Shown: positions 25,731-33,204 of the stretch, in pieces
Layout: each line of letters opens with the position of its first letter
How positions within the stretch are numbered: position 1 is the first letter of the stretch
Assembly: GCA_016125135.1 (NCBI GenBank)
Contig: WGMJ01000010.1
Span: forward strand, 35,885 to 99,884
Length of the DNA: 64,000 nucleotides
Direction: 5' to 3'
From: Alphaproteobacteria bacterium
GTDB lineage: Bacteria; Pseudomonadota; Alphaproteobacteria; Micavibrionales; Micavibrionaceae
Translations under genes and position numbers: made by a program
The notes under the pieces: generated by a model
What the model was told of the DNA's origin: nothing
What the model saw: the letters and a program-made list of their open reading frames with translations, nothing else
Database searches by the model: none

Positions 25731-27689
25731 ATGGCCGGAAAATCCTTTAAACGACCGACAATGAGCGCGGGGGTGCGTGCAGACTTAAGTAATTCAGCGC
25801 GTCCGCATTTCGTTGGGGATGCGGGTGTTGAATCGGATCGTGCTTACCGCACGAAGGATGATGAGAGTCCGCCAAGAGCCATGAATGATCGCGCCGACAT
25901 TCCGGCAGCGCCAAGAAGTGGTAGAAAAAGTAGAATAGCAACGCGTGGAAAAGCACGCGCGATGGGAATATGGAGCGATCTTTTTAATCCCGGTCGCGAC
26001 TACCCGCTATTTGATGCATTGCATTTATGGGGCGTAAGAACAGTTCTTCTGGACATGCCGTTTACAGTGCTTACAGGCATTCGACCGCGTGCAATACGTG
26101 ATTGGGCAAGAGCGCATAATAGCCCCTTAGGGCATCTTGCGTTGCAGGCAGTAAGGGCACTACCGTTGCCATGGAAATATTTTAGTAAAGATTTTAAAGT
26201 TGATTTGAAAGACAGTAAAAAGCGCACAGGCTTTTTAACGGGCGCTTTTCTTGCGGCATCTGTTGCTGCAGCTGCGACTGTAAATCCACATGATCACATT
26301 GCACCGTTGCCATTCGCAGATTCATTGGGAGAATGGACTCAATTGGACGGCTCGGTGATGGAAACCAATATCGCTCCCGCATTAGAGCTTGGTGGAGACA
26401 TTATGGCGGTGGGCCGCAGTCCGCTTGCTGTTTTTAATAGTCAAGCCGTAGAAAGCGCGCATCTATTGCGTAATGGCGGGGAGATTACTGTGAATAGTGT
26501 AACGGTTGATGACAAGTCGGACCTCTTCGAGCCACTTGTGCGTATGGGGCAGGGTGCAGAAATTATGCTAGAGGCAGATGCTGCTGTACCGCGGATATTC
26601 ACAGCAGAAAATCCTATAGAATTTTCATTGGAAGATCTGGAAAGAGTTCAGGAAATAGGAAACATAGCTCTTATACGGCAATATCAGGCGGCCGCGACTG
26701 TAAGGAGCTTCGATGCCGCTATATATGAGCGGCTACAAGCAGGCGGGCAGATGAGTATGCTTGATCCGCGGCAGACGATGGCGCAGTTTTATATGCAGCG
26801 CGCTATTGAAACAAACCCGAATGCGTTTGTTTCGCTCGATACAATTACATGGTCGCAGCTTCAAAGTTTGCTAGACCAGTATTATCCCGAGGGCTCCCGC
26901 AACCGCATTCAGGCGGAAACCATAGCGGCCATGTATCGTGCGGCTGCCTATGCGCAATCTGCGGCGGGCGGAGGCATTGCTTTTGATCAGGATACGATAT
27001 TGCGGCGACTGGCAAAGCTGAATAAAGAATCTGGTATCGGGGTTCTTGAGCGTTCTCCTAGAGGGGCCTTAGGGCCATATCAGTTCACTCAAGATGCATG
27101 GGTAACGGCATTCAACAGAAACAGACAGGGCGCGATTAATTATGCGCGCGATGTTTTACAGGATCAAAGAATAGTAGATATTTTAAGCGCGAGCCATGTT
27201 GGAACTGATCGTAGAGGCCTTGCCTATAGAGGAACAGAGCGCGATGCTTTTATGGCGTTAAGAACTCACAGAGGATTAAGTGCGCTTCTGAATATTTATA
27301 ATATAGAGGTCGGAAGAGATATTGCGCGGGGAGCAGGGTTTACCGAAGCGCAGATTGATCGTGGAGAGTACTTCATCCACAACGGAGGGCCTGGCACGTT
27401 TGCAAGTTTAACACGGCAATTTGCCCGCGACCCCAGAGTCAGCGTTGCAAGCGTCGTGGCCAGTGGCATTAGAGAAGAGAATGAGTCTGTATATGTAGGA
27501 ACTGTAGGGCGGACATTTGCCCTGCGACAGGCAGAAGACGCAGCTATGGCCGATCAGGCAATGGAGTGCGCATCTGCCTTATTGGGCCCGGCATTGTCAG
27601 AGAGACGCATAAGCCTTGCAACGCTCCGCAGCGCAGGGCAGGAAAATGTGGCGCAGTGTGGCGACCCGATTTTGTTAAAATTCCGCTGA
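25731..27689 (+). CDS. Protein with a hydrophobic putative anchor segment and a C-terminal SLT-like (lytic transglycosylase-type) domain (652 aa)
   Basis: Hydrophobic segment TGFLTGAFLAASVAAAATV. SLT-like motifs NKESG, GPYQFTQDAW and IHNGGPG. The N-terminal module is paralogous to the next gene. Confidence 0.65.
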   Translation: MAGKSFKRPTMSAGVRADLSNSARPHFVGDAGVESDRAYRTKDDESPPRAMNDRADIPAAPRSGRKSRIATRGKARAMGIWSDLFNPGRDYPLFDALHLWGVRTVLLDMPFTVLTGIRPRAIRDWARAHNSPLGHLALQAVRALPLPWKYFSKDFKVDLKDSKKRTGFLTGAFLAASVAAAATVNPHDHIAPLPFADSLGEWTQLDGSVMETNIAPALELGGDIMAVGRSPLAVFNSQAVESAHLLRNGGEITVNSVTVDDKSDLFEPLVRMGQGAEIMLEADAAVPRIFTAENPIEFSLEDLERVQEIGNIALIRQYQAAATVRSFDAAIYERLQAGGQMSMLDPRQTMAQFYMQRAIETNPNAFVSLDTITWSQLQSLLDQYYPEGSRNRIQAETIAAMYRAAAYAQSAAGGGIAFDQDTILRRLAKLNKESGIGVLERSPRGALGPYQFTQDAWVTAFNRNRQGAINYARDVLQDQRIVDILSASHVGTDRRGLAYRGTERDAFMALRTHRGLSALLNIYNIEVGRDIARGAGFTEAQIDRGEYFIHNGGPGTFASLTRQFARDPRVSVASVVASGIREENESVYVGTVGRTFALRQAEDAAMADQAMECASALLGPALSERRISLATLRSAGQENVAQCGDPILLKFR

Positions 27690-27802
27690 GTTCAGCCAGT
27701 TTTGGTAAAAAAATGGTTAATTTCCTTGAAATCGCCCACTGTTTTATGTAATCATTAAACCTTAAATAAATTTATGTAAATAAAAAAGGGTGTGACTCGT
27801 TA

Positions 27803-29584
27803 ATGGCGCGCAAGTCTTGGCGATATAGAGAACTCGGTAGCGGCGGGCAAAGCCTAAGCAGCGGTGGCGCTTTTGCGTCTGCAAGTTCTGCACAGGATAC
27901 TGCGCTCGAGTTAGTAGATAGTTTTACACGTATTCAAACGCCACCACCACAACGCCCGCGTCCACCAGAAACAAACCCGCGACCCAAACTAACACTTGTT
28001 GTACCACCAACGCCGCCACCTGTGCGCGTGCCGAATCCGGAGCCAGCGCCTAAACCTGTGCGCGCTGCGAAGGAAGAAAAAAGAGTCAAAGCAAAAGCAC
28101 CGCCGAAGGCAAGGCCAGTGCGTGTTGCTAACGAGAAGAGAGTTAAAGAAAAAACACCGCCGAAACCAAAAAAGAAAAAGCAGAACACGTCAAGAGCGCA
28201 TGTTAGTGTGGGTGCAGTAGGCGCATTGCACGAGCTTTATAAGGCGAAAGATTTTGCGTTTCTTGCAAATGCCTACAAAGAACCCTTTAACAGAACCGGC
28301 TGGTGGTTAAACGACTTCCTTATCTGGGGTGCCTTCAGGCTGAATGACCTTGCAGTGCGTCTGCCATTTGAAATTATAAAGCCGGTGTTCTATGTGCCGA
28401 TGGCTATGGGTAAATCCTTCGCGCGTGCTGTGGCGAACCCCCAGTACCGTAAGGCAAGGCTAAAAGCAAATGGAAGAGATTTTGTATGGAGCGCGATTGC
28501 GGCCGCAGCAGTTGCTGCTGTGCCAATGCTTGATACGCCGGTGCGCGCAAATTTGGAGTCTATTGCTGGTTATGCAGGAGCACTGAATGATGAAGGCCCT
28601 AACTTGCCAGACGTTGCCGGACTTGATGTTGTCGGCGGTGCATTGACAGCGCTTAATGCCATGCGTGAAGGCGATGTTGAACAAAATATTCAAATTCAAA
28701 ATGCGCGTTTACAAATCGGGCAAGAAAACACAATTACACTTGTAAATGATGATAGTGAATTAGCTTTAGGGCGCGACCATCCTCTTTTTGCATCTGCGCT
28801 TGAGGCCAAGCTTGGTATATCAATTGATATTAATGACGTTGCAGGGCAGGTTGTATTCACGCCCGAAAATGCAGGCGAATTTTCCCTTGATATGCTGAAC
28901 TCGCTTTTGGCATTGGGGTATGAACCGCTTGTGCAGGGTTATTTGAACAATGCGCAATATACCGAGTTCGAGGGGGAAATATTCCAGCACTTGCCGTCGA
29001 TCTTCCGTGACGATTATATTGATGGCTTGTTACGCAGTGGTGGCAGCTACAATGCGTGTGATGGCACCGTGACGCTTGTTGACAGGCTTGCAAACCAACG
29101 TGTTTCTGATTCTGTAGGATTCCGTGAGCGCCACCCTGTGACAGGTTTGCCGGCGGACCATTTCGGGACCGATATTGCAGTAAGGCGCATGCGTATTCCT
29201 ACGATGGAGAATGGTATCGTTATTTTTACAGGTAACATTCCCGGTTATGGTGGTACAGTTATTGTTGACCATGGTGAAGGTGTCCGCACGCTCTATGCGC
29301 ACTTTTCGGCCATAACGGTCCGTCGCGGGCAAGTTGTTGCTGAAGGTGACATTGTAGGGATCAGCGGTAACACAGGCCGTGGTACGGGTTGGCACCTACA
29401 CAGAGAAGTCTGGGTTGAAAACCCTGACCAGCCGGGCCAGTGGCGCGTTATTGATGGCGAGCAATATATTGGTGTTGATCTGGGCAATCCTGATACCAAA
29501 CGCGCAGCTATTGCCGAGGTGGCAGCAAAGCTAAGAGATTCGGTGATCGAGCGTGGTATGATCCAGCGCGCATCCTTCCATTAA
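27803..29584 (+). CDS. M23-family metallopeptidase with a hydrophobic putative anchor segment and a Pro/Lys-rich repeat (593 aa)
   Basis: Repeat PVRAAKEEKRVKAKAPPKAR / PVRVANEKRVKEKTPPKPKK. Hydrophobic segment FVWSAIAAAAVAAVPML. M23 core (HFGTDIAV ... GWHLHREV). Confidence 0.85.
   Translation: MARKSWRYRELGSGGQSLSSGGAFASASSAQDTALELVDSFTRIQTPPPQRPRPPETNPRPKLTLVVPPTPPPVRVPNPEPAPKPVRAAKEEKRVKAKAPPKARPVRVANEKRVKEKTPPKPKKKKQNTSRAHVSVGAVGALHELYKAKDFAFLANAYKEPFNRTGWWLNDFLIWGAFRLNDLAVRLPFEIIKPVFYVPMAMGKSFARAVANPQYRKARLKANGRDFVWSAIAAAAVAAVPMLDTPVRANLESIAGYAGALNDEGPNLPDVAGLDVVGGALTALNAMREGDVEQNIQIQNARLQIGQENTITLVNDDSELALGRDHPLFASALEAKLGISIDINDVAGQVVFTPENAGEFSLDMLNSLLALGYEPLVQGYLNNAQYTEFEGEIFQHLPSIFRDDYIDGLLRSGGSYNACDGTVTLVDRLANQRVSDSVGFRERHPVTGLPADHFGTDIAVRRMRIPTMENGIVIFTGNIPGYGGTVIVDHGEGVRTLYAHFSAITVRRGQVVAEGDIVGISGNTGRGTGWHLHREVWVENPDQPGQWRVIDGEQYIGVDLGNPDTKRAAIAEVAAKLRDSVIERGMIQRASFH
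28055..28177 (+). repeat. Imperfect tandem duplication of about 60 bp (20 aa) inside the M23 gene
   Basis: Unit 1 is about 28055-28114 and unit 2 about 28115-28174. Both encode PVR..(K/N)E(E)KRVK.K.PPK. Confidence 0.6.
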
Positions 29585-29686
29585 TGCAATAAAATTGAAA
29601 ATATCCATTTTTTTCAAATATTTAGGCCTAAATTATAGGATTTTTTAACATTTTCCCTTAAAATTATAAGTAATCAGGAGAAGAGT

Positions 29687-30898
29687 TTGAGTACAATTTC
29701 TTATGCAGGAGTAGATGAACGCATTGGGGCTGGCGGCATGCCAAGCGCCGCGCCTGCTTTTTCTGCATACGCAATAGGCATTCAAGACGAACGCGACCGC
29801 CAACAGGCTGCTAGCGGTTATGGCATGCTTTCAATGGTGGCTTATATGCAGGCCCTACAGCTTCTTGACCTGAATGAGAACAACGGATTTCTTTCAATTT
29901 ATAGCGAATATGCCGCTCTGGATATCGCAGATGAGAATATGGACATCCGCGCATGGGGGCAAAGGCAGGGTCTTTCACGTTCGCAGATTGATGCAATTAT
30001 TGCAGATCCAGATGAACGTTTAGTTGCCCTTGGCGCTGCTCGGTTGGAGCGCGGCACTTTTAGTGCAGAGCCACTGCGATTATCGCCAGATCAAGTCCAG
30101 GATCGTCAACGGGTTGTAGCAAGTACCATTGATGATGCGGCCGCAGCTGCTGGTGTTTCCCCTGATTTGATGCGTGGCATGTGGGGCGTTGAATCAGGTT
30201 TTGGTACACATAGAACGCTTGTAAGTCCAACTGGGTGCTCTGGCGATTGGCAATTCTCACGCGGTACTTTTGCTGCCGTCATGCGCACGCATATGGACGA
30301 AATTCCAACGACGCATTTAAGTGAAGCCCAGCAAAGAATTCTTGCTGATTTTGCAGCAGGTAGAATTAGTGGAAGTGACGGAGAGTTTCAGCAATTAAGA
30401 TTTGACCCGGTTGTTTCAACCTATGCAGCAGCTTTTTACATGCGTGAAGTGGCTGATCAAGTTGGCGTCAGTGCTATAGACCGTGAGAATTTTGGTGTTA
30501 TTTATGCTGGGTACAATGTAGGACCTGGTAATGCGGCGCGACTACAGAGAATGGCAGATAATGGTGATATGAGGTCTGCACGCGGCGTTTTAGGTCGGGT
30601 TGCTGCACTGAACCCGATGTTCTACCAAGGTGGTGTGAACGCTGATGGTGCACTTGATAATTATCAGGCGGCTGTTGAACGTCGCCTTGCGGATTACCAC
30701 TCAAATGGCTTAAGCACTCTAGAGAATGGCGGGACAATGGCTGCGAGCTTTGACCGTGCGGCTGGGCCGAGCGCACCACGCGCTGAGCAACGAGGAATTG
30801 TTCAGCAAGTTGCCGATGTAGCTGGGGACGCATGGAGCGCTGGCGGTCGGATACTTAATCGCGGTATGGATTTAGTACGTGATTTTATTCCAGGGTAA
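29687..30898 (+). CDS. SLT-domain lytic transglycosylase-like protein (403 aa)
   Basis: Motifs WGVESGFG (catalytic Glu-Ser), GDWQFSRGTF and YAGYNVGPGNA. It has a TTG start with the RBS aggaga. Confidence 0.75.
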   Translation: MSTISYAGVDERIGAGGMPSAAPAFSAYAIGIQDERDRQQAASGYGMLSMVAYMQALQLLDLNENNGFLSIYSEYAALDIADENMDIRAWGQRQGLSRSQIDAIIADPDERLVALGAARLERGTFSAEPLRLSPDQVQDRQRVVASTIDDAAAAAGVSPDLMRGMWGVESGFGTHRTLVSPTGCSGDWQFSRGTFAAVMRTHMDEIPTTHLSEAQQRILADFAAGRISGSDGEFQQLRFDPVVSTYAAAFYMREVADQVGVSAIDRENFGVIYAGYNVGPGNAARLQRMADNGDMRSARGVLGRVAALNPMFYQGGVNADGALDNYQAAVERRLADYHSNGLSTLENGGTMAASFDRAAGPSAPRAEQRGIVQQVADVAGDAWSAGGRILNRGMDLVRDFIPG

Positions 30899-30915
30899 AT
30901 AGGGCCAATTAAGCT

Positions 30916-30945
30916 AAAAAAGCCCCCGAACGGGGGCTTTTTTAT
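30916..30945 (+). terminator. Rho-independent terminator after the hydrolase array
   Basis: aaaaaAGCCCCCgaacGGGGGCTtttttat. Confidence 0.8.
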
Positions 30946-31033
30946 GGCCAATTTCGGGAAAGGGCCGATTTCAGGCCGGTGGACAAACCCATATTTTAAT
31001 TGCGAATGGTTATCAGAATCGGTATAAATGAAG

Positions 31034-31050
31034 TTAAGAATTATTCTTAA
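31034..31050. promoter_or_regulatory. Perfect palindrome TTAAGAA-TTA-TTCTTAA upstream of bfd (Irr/ICE-box-like)
   Basis: 7-bp arms with a 3-nt spacer, ending 14 nt upstream of the bfd ATG. Confidence 0.45.
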
Positions 31051-31064
31051 CGGGGTTTCTGCCT

Positions 31065-31349
31065 ATGGCTTATATCTGCAATTGCAATGGATTTACCGAC
31101 AACGACATGCGTGATGCTGTCGCCGAGAAGCCCGAAATCACGCTGGGCGAGCTTTACAGCCTTGCCAGCAAAGGTATGGCAACGCGGCCCAATTGCGGTA
31201 AATGCTGCATGGAGTTCCGTGACAAGGTCGCGCAGGTGACTGGCCGTGCGTTTACGAAAGAGGAATTCAAGACATTTCTTCAGTCTTCCGAAGAGGCTGA
31301 ACGCGTGCGTGCAGAAAAGGCCGAGCGCAAACCCGCTGTCGCCGCCTGA
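31065..31349 (+). CDS. bfd: Bacterioferritin-associated ferredoxin (BFD-like [2Fe-2S] protein)
   Basis: MAYICNCNGFTD...CGKCC cysteine pattern. Confidence 0.85.
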   Translation: MAYICNCNGFTDNDMRDAVAEKPEITLGELYSLASKGMATRPNCGKCCMEFRDKVAQVTGRAFTKEEFKTFLQSSEEAERVRAEKAERKPAVAA

Positions 31350-31440
31350 TTTCTTGTTTATTTTTCCTGATCACTGCCTTCGCGGGGATGACATGCTTTA
31401 GAAAAAAAGCTATTAATCCCTATTCTGAAAGGATATTCCT

Positions 31441-31971
31441 ATGAAACTTTTTCTCTCACTTTTACTTGGAGTTTTACTAATGGCGACAACACCTGCCAAA
31501 GCGGCTGATGATTTGGACAATACAATTTACCTCGACCTGAAAGATGGCCGTGTGGTGATAAAGCTTTTGCCAGAGAAAGCACCGAAACATGTCGAGCGTA
31601 TCAAAACGCTGGCGAAGCAAGGCTTCTATGATGGCATTGTGTTCCACCGTGTGATCGAGGATTTCATGGCGCAAACAGGCGACCCGACAGGCACAGGTAT
31701 GGGCGGCTCGGAATTGCCAGACCTGCCAGCAGAATTTAATGACGAGAATTTCGGCCGTGGTGCTGTAGGTATGGCGCGTAGCGGTGACCCTGATAGCGGC
31801 AACTCGCAATTCTTTATCTGCTTTGATGATTGCAGCTTCCTGAACGGCCAGTACACAGTTTGGGGAACAGTAACAGAAGGCATGGAGTTTGTTGATAAAA
31901 TTACACGCGGCGAACCACCGGCAAATCCTGACAAGATTGTGAAGATGCAAGTGGCGGCAGACGCCAAATGA
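31441..31971 (+). CDS. Periplasmic cyclophilin-type peptidyl-prolyl cis-trans isomerase
   Basis: Signal peptide plus cyclophilin motifs (FHRVIEDFMAQTGDP, GAVGMAR...NSQFFI). Confidence 0.9.
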   Translation: MKLFLSLLLGVLLMATTPAKAADDLDNTIYLDLKDGRVVIKLLPEKAPKHVERIKTLAKQGFYDGIVFHRVIEDFMAQTGDPTGTGMGGSELPDLPAEFNDENFGRGAVGMARSGDPDSGNSQFFICFDDCSFLNGQYTVWGTVTEGMEFVDKITRGEPPANPDKIVKMQVAADAK

Positions 31972-32055
31972 TGCCCTTAGGCGTCATCCCGTGCCAGTGA
32001 GGCCCCAGCGTAGGCGGGGCCGAGCGGCGGACACGGGATCCAGTAAATTAACGTG

Positions 32056-32086
32056 CGCGGGCTTTGCCCGCGCTCTTTATTTATAA
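32056..32086 (+). terminator. Rho-independent terminator after the PPIase gene
   Basis: GCGCGGGC-ttt-GCCCGCGC followed by tctttatttat. Confidence 0.7.
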
Positions 32087-32132
32087 CGCACCAGATCCCC
32101 GCTTTCGCGGGGATGACAGTGGCGGAGCTTTT

Positions 32133-32741
32133 TTATATCTTGAGAATATTCGCAGCCGTTGCGAGCTTATCCGCGATTTTCTCGATAAGTCCGTCTTCTG
32201 TCATCGGGTCGGCGGTTTCAAAGCGCAGGTAACATTCGCGCTCATCAAAAATTAGAAGCGGGTTTGCTGTTTTGGTGGCCATCAGGCTGTTCAGCACTTT
32301 CAGGCGTTCAGGCGTTAAATAGCTTTTCAGCTTCTCTTCGTCTTTGGTGCGCACGATTGTGCCTTCATGCCAGCCTTCGAATTCGGGCGTTACAGTGACG
32401 GGCAGGTCAAGCGTGTTGGCAAAAGCAATGTAAAAGGGCGCTGCAATCAAACCGCTTGTGGGCATGGTGCCGGGGAGTCTTAATTCCATGACAGTACGAT
32501 AGCGGCGGCCACGGACATCGGCTGTGGGTTGTTCTTCAGTGTAAAGCACAAAGCCATATTCTTTATACTGGCCTTTTACAGCCGCGGGCCCTAGGGCGCG
32601 GCCGGGCACATATTCCATACGGTGGTTTTCAGCAAATTTCTTCCATGCGGCTTTTTGCTGGATCGTAATACGGATTGTCCAGATATAGATGCCAACAATA
32701 AAGAAAGCTGCAAATGCCCAGAGGAAGAGCCAGATATTCAT
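32133..32741 (-). CDS. Hypothetical membrane-anchored protein
   Basis: ORF track 32133..32771; the ATG at 32741 is preferred. It has one N-terminal TM segment (IWLFLWAFAAFFIVGIYIW). Confidence 0.6.
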   Translation of the reverse strand: MNIWLFLWAFAAFFIVGIYIWTIRITIQQKAAWKKFAENHRMEYVPGRALGPAAVKGQYKEYGFVLYTEEQPTADVRGRRYRTVMELRLPGTMPTSGLIAAPFYIAFANTLDLPVTVTPEFEGWHEGTIVRTKDEEKLKSYLTPERLKVLNSLMATKTANPLLIFDERECYLRFETADPMTEDGLIEKIADKLATAANILKI

Positions 32742-32769
32742 AGGGGTAGTGTAGCATATTCGGGTAAAC

Positions 32770-32806
32770 AAAAAAGCCGCAGGCTTTATGCGCCGCGGCT
32801 TTTTTG
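32770..32806. terminator. Bidirectional-looking terminator downstream of hupB
   Basis: aaaaAAGCCGC-14 nt-GCGGCTTtttt. Confidence 0.55.
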
Positions 32807-32820
32807 TTACGAAAAGAAGC

Positions 32821-33099
32821 TTATTTCTTGTTTACAGCTTCTTTCAGTTCCTTACCGGCCTTGAATTTTGGCTGTTTTGAGGCAGGGATCTGGATTTTCT
32901 CGCCTGTACGCGGGTTACGGCCTTCAGAGGCAGCGCGTGTCGAGGTTACGAAAGTACCGAAATTTACGAGGCGGACTTCCTCACCCTGTGACAGGGCTTT
33001 TGTAATTGTTGAAAGCACGGCTTCCAGTGTGTCTTGTGCTTGCGCGCGTGGCAGGCCTGTGTCGTTTGCGATTGCATCAATCAGTTCAGCTTTATTCAC
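32821..33099 (-). CDS. hupB: HU-family DNA-binding protein
   Basis: MNKAELIDAIA...RNPRTGEKIQIPA...KAGK. Confidence 0.95.
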   Translation of the reverse strand: MNKAELIDAIANDTGLPRAQAQDTLEAVLSTITKALSQGEEVRLVNFGTFVTSTRAASEGRNPRTGEKIQIPASKQPKFKAGKELKEAVNKK

Positions 33100-33204
33100 T
33101 TATATCTCCCGTAGGTTGACGTTTGAAAAGACCCTGCTAAACCGCGGAAAAGTGCGCCTTTGCAGGAACAATATGATTATTTTTAGGCCTTTTCGGGGGA
33201 AATC

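Noticed and set aside
30902-30975. Three GGCC(A/G)ATTT strings between the hydrolase array terminator and bfd.
   Set aside because: They are short (9 bp), irregularly spaced, and partly overlap the terminator flank. This is not enough to call a motif.
31001-31030. A possible Fur box (aatggttatcagaatcggtataaat) upstream of bfd.
   Set aside because: It matches the 19-bp GATAATGATAATCATTATC consensus poorly. The adjacent perfect ICE-like palindrome is the better candidate.
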